DNA of 64,000 bases from Octopus vulgaris (lineage: Eukaryota): contig OX597822.1 in assembly GCA_951406725.2 (NCBI GenBank), forward strand, positions 101,618,001 to 101,682,000. Reading direction: 5' to 3'. Shown here piece by piece: positions 37,427 through 51,040 of the stretch (the first letter of the stretch is position 1; the number at the start of each line of letters is the position of its first letter). The position numbers were made by a program, and so were the translations under genes. The notes under the pieces were generated by a model. That model worked only from the letters and a program-made list of their open reading frames with translations. It did no database searches and was not told the origin of the DNA.

Positions 37427-38779
37427 TTTCCAAAGATAGAATATAAAGATTATAATCTCAATGAAAATTAACGCCTAAAGATTAGCGTCTGGTTTTATTT
37501 CTTGCAGTTAATATATAATCATCTGTTGTTTATTGCTATTACTCCGAATTCTCAAGTTGTAAATTTTACATAAGACGTAGTTACATTTCATGTCAAAATA
37601 TAACTTTGAACACTACGTTACGTTTGGATTATTCTTCAACTTTCTCAAAGATCAAACAGCAGGTGGAAACCTAAGTGAGGCTTCCAAATATTATGTAGAA
37701 GCTGGAAGTAAAATAAAGTTCAAAGAGAAATTGTGACAGAAACATTAAAACATAGTAGTATCTAAGTGAAATTTACTTTAACGCAGTAAATAGTCTCTTG
37801 TGAAAAGAAAAAGAAATAAAGTTTTATTTCAGATCAATTTCATGTTAGATATTTAGAAAATGTGTTTAATGCTATGTTTGGAGTGTATTTTAAATTTTGT
37901 CTTAAATTATTTAAGAAAATCAATTTACATTAAATAAACAATGTTTTAAAATATCTTCAGAAATTGCATAAATTCATTAAAAATAAAATATTCTTCTGTG
38001 CAGAAGTACCACTAAAGAAGTAAAGATGGAAACGGGATACATAATTATTTCCGTTCCGAAAATAACTTCATATGAAAATATAATTGACACGTATGCATTA
38101 AAATAGCATTTAATATTAGCGAAATATTTCATATTTGGTGTACTCAGAATTAAGCTTCAAATATTTACAAGATGATCATTGGATGTTGGATTCAATTACT
38201 ACCTAACATAATTTTCTTCATGCTTCACGCGACGTTCTGTATTCGTATGTGATTCCTCTTGTTCGTCTTCATAACTGACAGAATTGTAAAGTCCAATATT
38301 TTCCGTGTTAAATGAAACGAAACACAAGAAATATATTTGCATTTCTACTTAAACTAATAACGGATATGTATAACTGTGTAGCAGCAACCAAACAGATATT
38401 ATATGTAATAAAAATTGGATAATCAACAAAATTTACTCGTAAATGCAGAATCTGCGTTGTATGGATGTGTGCTTGTGGGTCTTTGAGATTTTATGTATGT
38501 TTATATCTTCAATTGTTACAATCAACATTTTATTTGTTGATCCAGAATCTCGTAGCATGCATGTATGCCTGTGGGTGTTTCTGATTGTAAGTGCATGTTT
38601 TTATAATGAGTATACAAACTCAGATCTCTGAAAATAATGTATTAGATAGAAATGTTTAAAATTACTACCCATATACCGGTTGAATCTGAAGGAGCATTTC
38701 TAGAAATATTTCACTGTTGCATGATGCATATATATACGTGTGTCTGTGTATGTATGCATGTATGTATGTATATAATCAA

Positions 38780-39310
38780 TTCAAAAACACAGAGAAAAAA
38801 GAAAAATAAGAAAAGAAACAAACGTGAGGACGTAGCACAAGTAATGTATTAATAAGACGCTCGGAGAAAGAAGAGAGTTGTCATTTTACGTTTCGAGCAT
38901 AGCATTTCGTCGGACACAGGAAGAACAGGAAAGTCCAAAAGGGAAAGAATGAAGAAGGATGAAAAATTGCCAACAGTTCACGTGCGGTTACATTACAGAA
39001 GAGACCGGAAGTAGAAGGCGGAAGAGAAAGTGCCTTCTGGGACAGGTGAGTGTGAAGATGGTCGGTATGTGTGTGAGTGTGCGAGTGATATCGTGTGTGA
39101 TAGCGCGCGCGTGTGTGTCTGATAGCGCATGAGTGTAGCAGTGTGTGTATGTGTGGTAGCGTGTGTGGGTGTGTGCGTGGTAGCATGTGTGCATGTGGTG
39201 GCAACTATGCGTGTGTGTGCGGTGCGAGTGTGAATGGTAGTGGTTTTGTGTGTGTGTGTGTGTGTGTGTGTGTTTTTACGTATGTGTGTTTTTGTGTCTG
39301 TGTGAGTAGT
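38780..39310 (-). mobile_element. Penelope-type pLTR end with decayed mini-hammerhead and TG-rich body
   Basis: Reverse complement of 38883-38917: gtgt-CCGACGA-aatgctatgctc-GAAA-CGTA-aaatg. Homologous to 21850-21975. Confidence 0.55.
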
Positions 39311-39482
39311 CTGTGTATATATAGAGAGTCCCACAATCAAAAATACATTACAATAAGTATTGAAAATTGGTCGGTTATAGCAGTTTTATATACCGGCGAT
39401 TGAGAATTGACATTTATGGTGTACAAACAATTGGAAATTATCGCGTAATACCTCAGATCACAGGCCAAGAGAAGAATTTGTA

Positions 39483-41318
39483 CGTCGCTGGCCAATTCGT
39501 CCCAAAATACTTTTAAATGTGATTTTCAATGAAAAGATTATAACAATCACTTTAGAATTAAAATTGTCGTTGGACAGTTTTAGATATTTTTCCGTTTTCT
39601 AACCCCCCTCTGTCTGACTGTCTATCTGTCAGTCTGTGTGTCTGTCTATCTCTGTCTATGTCTCTCTCTTTCTCTCTCAAGTATCTGCCATGAACATTGT
39701 ACGCACAAAAGATTTTCAAGCAAATCGAATAAAGTTTATTCAATACGCCTACCAATCAACGTGACTACCTGCAAGATCATAACTTCAGAGAAAGGGAAAA
39801 TCAAAGTGGTCCATTAAGAAAATTATATATACACAAAACAATAAGCAGAATGCAGATGGATTGAAGATATACTGGAGGTGCAAAAATCGTGTGTGCAAGC
39901 GAGACTTCATACAGATGAAAATTACAAAGAGCTTAAGAAGATTGGGATCCATAATCGTGCTTCAATTGCTGCAGAGGTAAATACAAGGATAATAATTTCA
40001 AATATTAAAGTAAAGTCTATTCCATCTCGTGATGTCCCTGACTCAGTTATCGGTAGTGAAGTTCAGAATTTAAACAACTGTACATTGTTGCATGTACCTT
40101 TATTTGCACCGCTTAATAGAAATATTGGACGTTGGAGGCCAGCTGATTCCAAGTAAGCCGACACTCCACTCACATATGTTGGTTTTCCATTCCAAGTGAA
40201 TACTCCTACTTTGACAATGATGAAGCATTTTTACAGTATAGCAGAGGAATAGAAGATTCAAAACAAATATTAGCATTTGCAAGTGACGAAGCACTTCGAC
40301 AGTTAAAACAGCACAAGAACTGGGCGGCAGATGGAACATTTAAGTGCTGCTCTAGTATATTTATTCAGTTATATATACTTCACATTCAAATTGCTAATTT
40401 TAATAAGTCACGATTGTTTGCATTGCTCTCTGACAAAAGTCAGGACACATATAGTAGACTTTTTGCCAAAATAAATGAATTACTGCAAAAGAAACGGACC
40501 TTATAATATAATTGTGAATTTCGGAAAAGCAGTCCATAACGGATTAATGGAATCGTTTACTGGCTCGGATTTGGCATGCCGCTTGTTTCATTTAGGACAA
40601 AATATGTACATGTATGTCGTGCAAGAAGGACTAAAATGCCGATATCACGAAGATGACGGTATCAGTCTAAAAATGCGGTGTTTTGTTGCCCTTGCCTTCC
40701 TGCCAGTTGATGATGTTGTAGATGGATATGAACAACTTGTAGATGATGATATTCCACGGTCAATTGTATCCTAATTTGAAAATAATTATATAGGATCACC
40801 TAGAGTAAGTGGACAGAGGAGGCGACGTCTTGACCCTCCATTTCTATTACCTATATGGAATATTTGGGATCTATGTATATCGGAGATTGCTCGTACTACA
40901 AATAGTTTAGAAGCCTAACACAGCGCGCTGAAAAACACAGTGAGTATGAGTAATCCGAATATTTGGAAACTTATTGTGCTGATTAAATGTGAGGAAAGGT
41001 TTGCCGATTCCAAATTGCAGAAGTTTATGCAAGAAGAACCAAGCCAAAAGAAAATATACAAAGATATGAACCTGCGCATAAAAAATGCCATGGAAAAATA
41101 TGATCCATGCCAAAAAATTATTTTTCTAAAAGCAATTTTAAATTTTAAGAAAAAATAAATATGTAATACAGAAAACCTTAAAATAAGCGATCTTTAATTC
41201 AGATATTCGTTCTTCCATTATTTTCTATGATCTCGACGAATTGACTGACAACGAATTGACCAAAGACGAATTAATTGACTGGGGACAAATTAATCGACGA
41301 CGAATTGAGCGGACGCCA
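39483..41318 (+). mobile_element. Decayed MULE (Mutator-like) DNA transposon with FLYWCH domain
   Basis: NYIY...IYWRCKNRVCKARLHT...IHN (FLYWCH-like), ADGTFKC..IFIQLYILH, FALLSDKSQDTYSRLF, LFHLGQN, ALAFLPVDDV, RTTNSLEA, NPNIWKLI. Right end has repeated gacgaattga, with the complementary caattcgtc at about 39492. Confidence 0.88.
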
Positions 41319-42305
41319 TATAATATAATATAATATAATATAATATAAAATATATACATACATATATGTAATACATAGTGTAAGTAAACGGTAGAAGAAA
41401 ATACCATATCTGGACAAATATTACAATGAAATAATACTCATCTTGGATTTTGAGCAAAATTATTTTTGAAGCAATGAGATGATACTTTTATGGCTGTCAT
41501 TTCTGTTGCCTTGTTTTTGTTGTAGCTTTTGCTACCGATGCTGCTACTGTTGTCTTTTTTACTTTGTTCATGCTTAGGCTGTCCTAATTCGGGAGGCATA
41601 AGATCAAAGTGGTTCCAATCATAGTTATATTGCTTTTTCTGAAGAAATAGGCATCCAAAACTTCATTATAAAATACTATTTTTCTTATGAAATCAAAACA
41701 AGATGAGACAGATTTGACTTCTATTTCTTACACATGAAGCGAACATCTAGTTGCACTCTAGTTTTATCACGGTATATCTGTCGACCATTTTATTTTTCCC
41801 AATATAGGTCCTTATTTCCTGCAAACAGATTTCTCTTTCCGTATTCTTTCTTATTTTGTGAGATTATAAAAGGAAGAAAAAATTGTGTGACACAACTGTT
41901 ATTAAAATATCAGATTCTTCAAAAGAACTGTGAAGTCAGCATTATTTTCATTTGCGCCGTACAAGCAATTCAACTGCTGTTGCATAACGATGTAAGTATA
42001 TTGGCCCATGACAAGACATACATAACACCTTCATCCAAAAATACAACAAAATAATGTTTTTATTTAATCAGGCTTGCAAAAACAGCGACGACAAATTTTA
42101 TAAAAAGAAAATGACACGCTAGTAAAACAGACGCTCTCAGATATATGCACAAACGCACGCATACAACGCGCATACACACACAAAGGTACGCACTCTCAAC
42201 AGATTAAGAAACTGCGCTTCTCAAACATTTTCTCATTTACTGCTCTGTTTTCCACCCTATCTCTCCTAGTTTTCTCTCTCTTTCCCTATACATACACACA
42301 CACAC

Positions 42306-42358
<53 letters not shown>

Positions 42359-42374
42359 TATATATATATATATA

Positions 42375-42773
42375 TCTTTATATATAAAAGTGAAGTTGTG
42401 TGAGTGTCTGTCTCCTACGATTTAGATTCCTAACTACTCCCACATTTTGCGGTGCAGTGTAACCAAAACCGGGTATCTTATAGTCGTGATTCATATCGAG
42501 CCCTTCTGGGTATTAGCGCGTGTCTACGATGAGTCTACGATTTTAAAAATAATTTACCATCATTTTTTTTCCATTTTAATGCATTTTTTTCGCTATTATA
42601 TAAGGGAAGTAACTCTCTAAAAATGTCTACGATGAGTCAACGATTTAAAAAAAAATTACCCTAATTTTTTTCCATTTTAATGCATTTTTTGCTATTTTGG
42701 GGCTATAACTCTCTAAAAATGCTTATATAGTTATTTCCCTTACAAACCCGAGCAACGCCGGGCGATACTGCTA

Positions 42774-42774
<1 letters not shown>
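42375..42774 (+). mobile_element. Helitron-like non-autonomous element in (TA)n
   Basis: 5' TC, subterminal GC hairpin cccgagcaacgccggg then ctaa (CTAG-like), inserted between A and T. Internal ~100-bp tandem duplication starts at about 42523 and 42626. Confidence 0.8.
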
Positions 42775-42829
<55 letters not shown>

Positions 42830-42840
42830 GTCTATATATA

Positions 42841-42891
<51 letters not shown>

Positions 42892-42944
42892 GCATGCATG
42901 GCTTGTGTGATAAATTTGCTTCCCAACCACATATATAAATGCTA

Positions 42945-43078
42945 TAGTGCATGACTATAATTGGCACATAAATAATGAATGTGTAAAGTTTAGTGAAAAT
43001 CGGTTGAAAACTGTAGAAATGCGTACGTACTACACACACAAAGGCACACACACAGACATCCTTTCATTTATATATATA
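42945..43078 (-). mobile_element. Helitron/HINE-like terminal fragment
   Basis: tgtaaagtttagtgaaaatcggttgaaaactgtag...cacacacagacatcctttcatttatatata is typical of the ends of non-autonomous rolling-circle elements. Confidence 0.5.
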
Positions 43079-43892
43079 TGTTTTCAGGATTACATATAAA
43101 GAAGACTGCAAACGGAAAATATGACGTTATATCATAAAATACAGTGTACATTTAAAATTTAAACACATAAGGAATCCACTCGTGGGATTCAACACGCTAG
43201 AAACAACAACTAGGTTCTATAGCCACATAATTAGCGACAAAATCCCGACAGGAACGAAATGAAAAAATAAAAACTTTTACCATCTAGTATCCTCGACCAA
43301 TTGGTTTCTGATTTTAGTTTAGCAAATAAGTAATATTCGCTTGGTGAAATCTTCGTCAGCAGGTACACCTTAGATTAAATATATAAAACACGAAGCAATT
43401 GTGCCTCTTGTTTATACATCCTAATTTTTTCAAAATCTACTGCGCAGTAGATTTTGATGTATTTATTCATATATATGAATGTTTATATATAACATACAAT
43501 ACACATACACACACCCACACACAGACGCACGTACATATGCATACACAACCATATATGGCAATTGCTTGCAAAGGCATGTAGCTGCATCGAACCAGGAGCA
43601 TTGTGGCTAGGAAGGGAACTTATTAACTATTTTTTTTATATGTGTGTGTGTGCGCGTGCGTGCGTGTGTTTGTGAGTGTGTATGTCTGTATGTATATATG
43701 TATGTGTGTATCTTTATCTGCGTATTTATGTGCGTAGATATGTTTATACATAAATATATATATGTATATATGTATGTTTATATATAATATACAATACACA
43801 TACACACACGCACGCACACATACATATATATATTATGCTTGTGTATGCGTATGTGTATGTGTATTGTATATCATATGTAAACATATATATAC

Positions 43893-43938
<46 letters not shown>

Positions 43939-43979
43939 ACATATATATGTATATATATGTATGTATGTATGTATGTGTG

Positions 43980-44030
<51 letters not shown>

Positions 44031-44795
44031 GTACGTAGATTCGTTGTTAGGTCTGTAGGCATGTAGGTATTCGCATAATCATCGATAGAAAATTGGAGAC
44101 GATCGATTTTCTCTAAAATCAGAAAATAACTTTAGGTTTACGTTCAGGCAATTCGAACTGCATTCGTTTCAGATTAATATCTACATCACCCCTTTGGTAA
44201 AATCTTTACACATCATGCATGTTTATATTTTATGACAAACAGGTAATGTAATATTCACTGCATCACTTTCATTTCTTTCAATTGTGTAAACCTATTGGCT
44301 GGCTTATCAAGAAGTGGCATGCTTGAGAAAATATGATAAATTAATTTAACTAGCTGTAGGTTATACACGAAACAAGTTAACGCTTCATTATTTCCACCAC
44401 ACAATACAATTATCCATAATTCTCCAACGGTCTATTGACTTTTAAACATGTTGTTATATCTGAAAGTTTTCATTTCACATTAGGAGAGATTGTATACATC
44501 TTACCTATCTATATTTTTGTATTACAATTTTCACATCAATTTTTTCCTAAGCAGTAATAAGTATAAGATGAAAGTTTATTCCAAGATAAAGAAGTGTCGA
44601 AAATTATCAAAATTTTATGACAACCATAATTCTGAGATAACGTTACCGAAAGGGAAGTGATTGTAATTGCCCCGAATTTAAAGAAATGCGGTTCTGATTT
44701 TGAATACTACGATATGTTAGTTAGTTAGTTAATTTGGCTCAAAAGCAAATAGCAAGGCCATGTAGGGGGACATGGAGTTAAGTACAGGGTGGTGT

Positions 44796-47683
44796 TCATG
44801 TAAAGAGTTCAGGCCACTTGAGGTCCAGGGAGGCTTTGAACAAAGCGGTCGTCGGCATCTTCACCATCTCATCTGGCAGCTTGTTCCACGGATCCGCAAC
44901 CCGGACGGAGAAAGCTCCTCTCCTTCGATTGAGATGAAATCGTCGCAGGTAGAGCTTTTCGGAATGACCCCGCAGCCGACGCTCCGGAGCAGGAGTGAAG
45001 AACAGCTCTTTCGAGAGGTTACACTTCCCGCTTATGATGTTGTGGGCGAGAATGAGATCACCACGGCGGCGGCGTTTTTCAAGAGAATAAAGGTCGAGCG
45101 TCCTCAGCCTTTCTTCGTAGGACAAATTTTTGAGACCATGAACCAGGCGGGTAGCCAGCCTCTGGACTCTTTCGAGGTGCTGTATGTCTTTGAGGAGATA
45201 AGGAGAAGAGGCTTGAATCCCATACTCCAATATGGGTCTCACCAGCGTGACATAGAGTGGCAGGAATATGGCTGCTGTGAGCATTCCGAATGACCGTCGA
45301 ATCAAAAACAGAATTCCGCGCGCTTTGTTGGCAGCATGGACGCACTGGGCCGAAGGCGAAAAGGAGGAATCCACCAAGATACCCAGGTCCTTTACCTGAT
45401 CGGTCCTCTCCAGCAGCAGACGACCCGGCTCGAAATCAAGTTGAGTTGCAGGAGTAGAGCCGACAGGCAGATGACAGCACTTTGACACGTTCAGACACAG
45501 GTCCCATTCGTTAGACCACTTCCAAATTTGGTGGAGGCATCGACGAAGATCCTCTATACTACCGCGAGGAGCGACCAGTTTGATATCGTCGGCAAATAGA
45601 AGGGTGTGTTGCGTGAGGTCGTCGGGCAAGTCATTTATGAAGACTAAGAACAACAAGGGCCCAAGCACTGAACCTTGAGGCACGCCACTGCTCGCACTGG
45701 AGACGTCGGACCGCGAACCATTAACTTGAACTTGGAAGGAGCGATCTGAGAGGAAGGCACCAACCCATCGTACAATATCCGGATGGAAACTATATGCTTG
45801 AAGCTTGACAAGTAGTAGGCGGTGGTTTACCGAGTCAAAAGCTTTGGCAAAGTCCAATAAAACGATGTCAACAGCATCATTATCATCGAGGATGCGCGTC
45901 ACCAATTCTTCCATTACTAGTAAGTTGGTCAAGCATGATCTCTTCGGCACGAAGCCGTGTTGGGAATCAGTGATCGAGGCTGTGCTTAGGAGGTGGAGCA
46001 TCATACTTTTATTAAGGATGGTTTCGAACATCTTGCTGATTATTGATGTAAGGAAACCGGTCGGTAGTTAAGCGGGTCTTCGCGGCTCCCTTTCTTGAAA
46101 ATTGGGCAGATTATCGCTGTTCTCCAGTCTGCAGGTATAACACCCGTCGCCAATGACATATTGAATAGTCGTGTTAAGGGCTCGCAGATGACCGGAGCCA
46201 ACGCTTTGATAACCCGTGGGTGTATGCCGTCAGGGCCGTGACCCTTGTTGACATCGAGGCCTTGAATAACACGTTTGACTTGGTCCCGCGTGATGATCAA
46301 TCGAATCATTGGAGGTACCGATCTATCAAATGGAGGGGGTTCACGACCATCATCTTGTTTGAAAATAGTTGAAAAAGCCTCGGCAAATAATTGACTCTGT
46401 TGATAATGGTCCTCAATCGATACGCCTGTTGAGTCTACCAATGTTACAATCTAGTTGTTCAAGCGGGAATTCCGCTGGACATGGGCAAAGAAGGTTTTTG
46501 GATTGCTACTGGCATTTGCCGCGATTTTGTATTCATAACTGAAGCGTTCTTTCTTTTCAATTTTCACGGCTCGGTCTCGTTGAGTTTTGTACACCTCAAA
46601 AGCTGCAGTCGAATCCAGATTTTTGAATTCAGCCCAAGCAATATCTCTGAGTCGACGTTCTCGTTTAACCTTCTTCGTCACCCAGGGCTTGTGTTTCTTC
46701 CTCTTGGGAAGTCCAACGGGAACTGCCTGGTCAGTCAAACAGATTACATATGCTTTGAGGGATGACCATAGTTCGTCAACTGAGGACAACGTCATCAGGG
46801 AACGCCAGTCCAGAAGCGCGGAAGCCTCGGTTAGAATTTCAAGATTAATTGCAGAGAAGACTCTACGTGGCAGCGAAGTAATCGTGGGCGTGGAAAAAGT
46901 TGTGTGCATGACGAACTTCAGGACCGCATGATCACTCTTGGCAAGAGGGGCGCACACAGATACGTCTGACACTGATCTTGGATAGCGGGAGAATACCAGA
47001 TCTAGCATAGATGGCTGCTGCCCAGACCGATGCCTTGTCGGATATTCAACATGTTGCGATAGAAAACAATCTTCAGCCACGTCAAGAAGGGCCTGGCCGA
47101 ACCGGGAAGATGTTGAACAAATTGATGCGGGTCAATCGATCGTGGGAGCGTTGAAGTCGCCTAGTACCAAGCAGTCATGCGAAGCTGAAACGAATCTTAT
47201 CGCCTCGAGTAGATGAGCATCGTACTGGGGGTCGGCTAGAGGCGGCCTGTAGACAGCCAACACGGGCAGGCAAAACTCAGATAGGCTCAGCTTGCAATAG
47301 ACGGCATCGAATTTGGTTGTAGGTTGAGCATTTGTGGGTAGAATACCGCAGGACGGTTTGTGCTCAGACTTAACATACACAGCAACACCTCCACCTCGCC
47401 TTTTTCCTCTGTCACATCTGAAAAGGACGTAGCCCTGCAGGTGGATCTCTGAGTCCTTTACTGCTGGAGTCAGCCAAGTCTCGGTGATAGCTATCACATC
47501 AGGGGAGTCGCGTAGGGCCAGTGTAAATAGTTCACTGAACTTTGGGAATAAGGAGCACGAGTTGGTGTAGACGATGCTGAGCTGTGAAGTCTGAGGGGCG
47601 GGAGTTGGGGAACAAGCAGAATAAAGGGCATCAGAGATAGCATCGTTGACGGGGGTATCAACTTCACTTCGATTTGCCCTCAC
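44796..47683 (-). pseudogene. LINE ORF2 (endonuclease plus reverse transcriptase) split into four frames
   Basis: ORFs 47132-47683, 46451-47080, 46040-46441 and 44796-46031 are colinear pieces of one ORF2. Confidence 0.92.
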
Positions 47684-48404
47684 ATCACTTTCCCTGTCAG
47701 CACTACAGCATGGGACCAGAGGTAGGACTTGATTATCTGTCCATCTTGGATTCGTAAACCCTTCTCTTCCATTTGTTTCCTCATCTTTAGCTCGGATATC
47801 AGGTTCCTCCGGCGAATTCTCTCTCTTAGTGAGTATTCCTCGCGAAAACCCATATTGGGGTCCTCCCAGGCATGCGTCTGAGCTCTGTTCAGAAAGACTG
47901 AAGCCTCCCGATCAGAAGAAAAGATTACCCTTATTGGGCGTGGTCTAGTATCTGCGGTTGGATTCGCTTGGAATCTTCCTAGCCGAGCGACCTTAAGAAC
48001 ACTGACATTTTCGTTCACAGAGAACAATTTTCCAACCAAAATGGAAACAAAATTAATGTCATCTTTTAGGCGGTTTATGCCTGTATCACAGGTGGATTCA
48101 GCTTTGCCATATATTATTGCCGATCTTGAGTGGGCAAAAAGTTCTCTACTATGAGCTGCGGTATTCGATTCTTCATTGGAGGATTTCGAAGAGTGGTTTC
48201 ATAGCCATCGGACTTATGTCGGCCTGTGGGGTCGATCGGAATGGATTTAGTGGTCATAATTTTCCCGCCTGGTTTGGAACTGCACTGCCTCTTCTTCGGT
48301 TTGGGGGAGCACCACTCCCCAGATGAACCCACATCGAGATCGTTCAGAATTGGTTGAGCAATGGCATTAATGGGAAGGACAAGTGAAGGAGAATCCAAAC
48401 AGGT

Positions 48405-48871
48405 TTTATCGTGATCAGGTTTCATAGCCAAATCTGCCCCTCTGGAGTTTTGACTACGTTTCTTCTTTTGGGGAGAACAACGGTCTTCAGGTGGGTTTGA
48501 GTCTACGCTCCTCGAACTAGGTTGGGGAACCTCCGGGACCGAAAAGGCAGATGAGGAAGAATCCGCACAGGAACGATCATGTGCAGGAACGACCGCCGGT
48601 TCCTTCGCCTTCTTTGGCCGCTTCGATTTTGTTCCCTTCGGTTTGGACGTCTCCAGGGAAGAAATCAAGGGTGACTCTGCGTCAACAGGAGACCGTTTAT
48701 CGTGGTCAGGTTTCATAGCTAAATCCGCCCCACTGGAGTTTTGACGACGTTTCTTCTTTTGGGGAGAACAACGGTCTTCAGGTGGGTTTGAGTCTACGCT
48801 CCTCAAATTAGGTTGGGGAACCTCCGGGACCGAAAAGGCAGATGAGGAAGAATCCGCACGGGAACGATCAT
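48405..48871. repeat. In-frame direct repeat within LINE ORF1 (176-bp copies, 291-bp period)
   Basis: 48405-48580 vs 48696-48871. The peptide DRS.ADSSSSAFSVPEVPQP..RSVDSNPPEDRCSPQKKKR.QNS.GADLAMKPDHDK occurs twice. Confidence 0.95.
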
Positions 48872-49380
48872 ATTCCATATATGTTTCTCTTTTTGAATCT
48901 CAAAATAACATAAAGCCGATTATAAGCTCCATTTTCTGTCAGTTTTCAATCTCTGAGCTCAATACTTGTTTCTCGCAGCTAATGATTTTTGGAGGAAGGT
49001 TTGAACTTAAATCTAGAACTCAAGCGATTCATTGATCATGTATTCAGTAGTGTCACAGATGAAAAAAGATTAGTTTTACAACTTCCATACCTATTTAGAG
49101 CTACAATGCCAAGTTCATTTCAGATTTCAATCTTGTAAATTTTAATTGCGCATAATTGGCTAGTAAGAAAATTAGTTAATCCGTTTGCTATCTAAATTGA
49201 ATTTTGTGAAAACACAAACCAACGTACAGTCAACATTGTTATTTGTTGGTGGTTTGTCTCAGTACCGAGTATAAGAAATAACAAATTTATTTTGTGGAGC
49301 GTTGTCAGCTGACTGATATTGATTCTTGGTGGAAGATGGTTTCCCTTGATATGTGTGTGTGTGTGTATGTGTGTGTGTGT

Positions 49381-49797
49381 CATTCTATGACTGACGAACG
49401 ACTTCCCAAACAGATCTTCTACTCCCAACTCAAAGACGGCAAGCGTACAAAAGGAGGCCAGAAGAAACGCTACAAGGACTCCCTGAAATCGAACCTCAAA
49501 AAGTGTGACAGTAACTTCACCAACTGGGAGGAAACGGCAAAAAACAGACCACTCTGGAAAACCACCATCCATGAGGGAACAGCGAATTTCGAGTCGAAAA
49601 GGTCTGCAGAGCTGGAGGAGAAAAGACGACGACGGAAGGAGCGCCAACAACAACCACGTACGACTCTCCCTTCCGGCACTTGATGTCCGCACTGTGACCG
49701 ATCTTTTCGAGCAAGAATTGGTCTTATCAGTCACCTGCGGACTCACCAATAAATTTGCGCGAAGACCATCATCCTCGACCTTGAGGGATTGCCATAG
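49381..49797 (+). mobile_element. 5'-truncated RTE/BovB-like LINE 3' end inserted in (TG)n
   Basis: MTDERLPKQIFYSQLKDGKR..GGQKKRYKDSLK..LK, A.NR..W, then CPHCDRSFRARIGLISHLRTH (C2H2). gtgtgtgtgtgtgtatgtgt on both flanks. Confidence 0.9.
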
Positions 49798-50649
49798 ATA
49801 TAGTGTGTGTGTGTGTATGTGTATGTGTGTTTGCGTGTATGTATGCAATTATATTAATATATCACATATATTGATATAAATGTATGAACGTCATGTTTCG
49901 TTTATCACTTTTCTAGATTATAAGGTATTTTTTAGTAATGTGAAGAGAAATTGTTGCTTGGTTCAAGGTTAGCCTAGATAGACGAAGTGGTATGATCCAT
50001 GATGATTCTATCTCATTTAGCCCATATCGATTATACATATGATCTGTGAGTATTCCAGGGTGTATCTACATTATCCAGATATGATTTGATTTCTATGAAG
50101 GGCTAATTTGAGAGTGATTTGACCAACGTTTCTATCATGTAAAATAAACATCTAGATGTTTCTACATTGGCTCAAATCTTCCTTGTTGGTTCATGTGGCA
50201 AGAATTATTAGTTGAATCCAATGTACAAATAAATATTAAGAAAATCTCGAGTTCACTTCATGTTAAACTCTTACTTACAGAACAATAATAAATATTTATG
50301 TAAGCATGCCAAATCGATGCATTTGGTTAGAGAACAGTATGGTGTTTATCTGTTTATCTGCTAAAATATAACTTGTCTTTTCAGAAAACATTTTCACCAA
50401 ATATTATCATTTCACGAGATTATTGTGTACAGCGAAAGCAAATTATAAAATGAAACTCGCAACGAATCGTCTAACAACATCTTTTAAAGAGCGGAAAAGA
50501 AAGAAGAAATAAGAAGAAAACATACTAATGTATGTACGAAGTGAGATAACGATACTATAAAGTTACCATACCAAAGTCATATGCTCATGAGGATTTTCTT
50601 CATTAGTCACTGACTCAGTTTATCATCTTTATCCATTTTCTTTTTTTTT

Positions 50650-51040
50650 TTTTATTTGTTTCACTCATTACACTATGGCTGTGCTGGGACACCGCGATGA
50701 AAGCTTTAGTCGAACAATCACCACTAGAACTTATTTTTATATCTGTTACTTATTCTATTTAGCTCTTTTGCGAAACCGCTAGATTATGGGGTTGTAAACG
50801 AATCAACACCTGTTGTCAAGTGGTGTGGGGACAAAAGCAAACAAGCATACACACATAAACATATACACGACGTACTTCCACATAATTTGGGTCCGCCCCC
50901 ACCACTAAAAAATAGTCGCTCACGAGATACTGGTCAGCTTGGGGTTATAGTAGAACACGTACTGAAAGTGCTCTACAGTGGTACTGAACCAGAAACCACG
51001 TGGTTACAAATCGAGCTTTTTAACTACACAACCATGGCTG
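50650..51040 (-). mobile_element. Old SINE family A copy
   Basis: tacttattctat...aaccgcta, actgaaccagaaaccacgtggtt and cacaaccatggc match family A. Confidence 0.75.

Larger units (their letters stand above)
44716..48878 (-). mobile_element. Near-full-length CR1-group LINE (ORF1 plus APE-RT ORF2), few frameshifts, (TAAC)n tail
   Basis: ORF1 C-terminus RLGRF...RPRPIRVIF. APE: YTN..SL..K, PDVIAITETWL, FRCDR..RRGGGVAVYV, VYRPP, LGDFN, LDLVF, SDH. RT: GPDGIHP, PIFKKG, NYRPVSL, QHGF, DFAKAFDSV, GVPQGSVLGPLLF, FADD. Tail gttagttagttagtta at 44716-44731. Confidence 0.96.

Noticed and set aside
44772-46931. Plus-strand ORFs overlapping the LINE
   Set aside because: Antisense shadows of the GC-richer ORF2 with no recognisable motifs.
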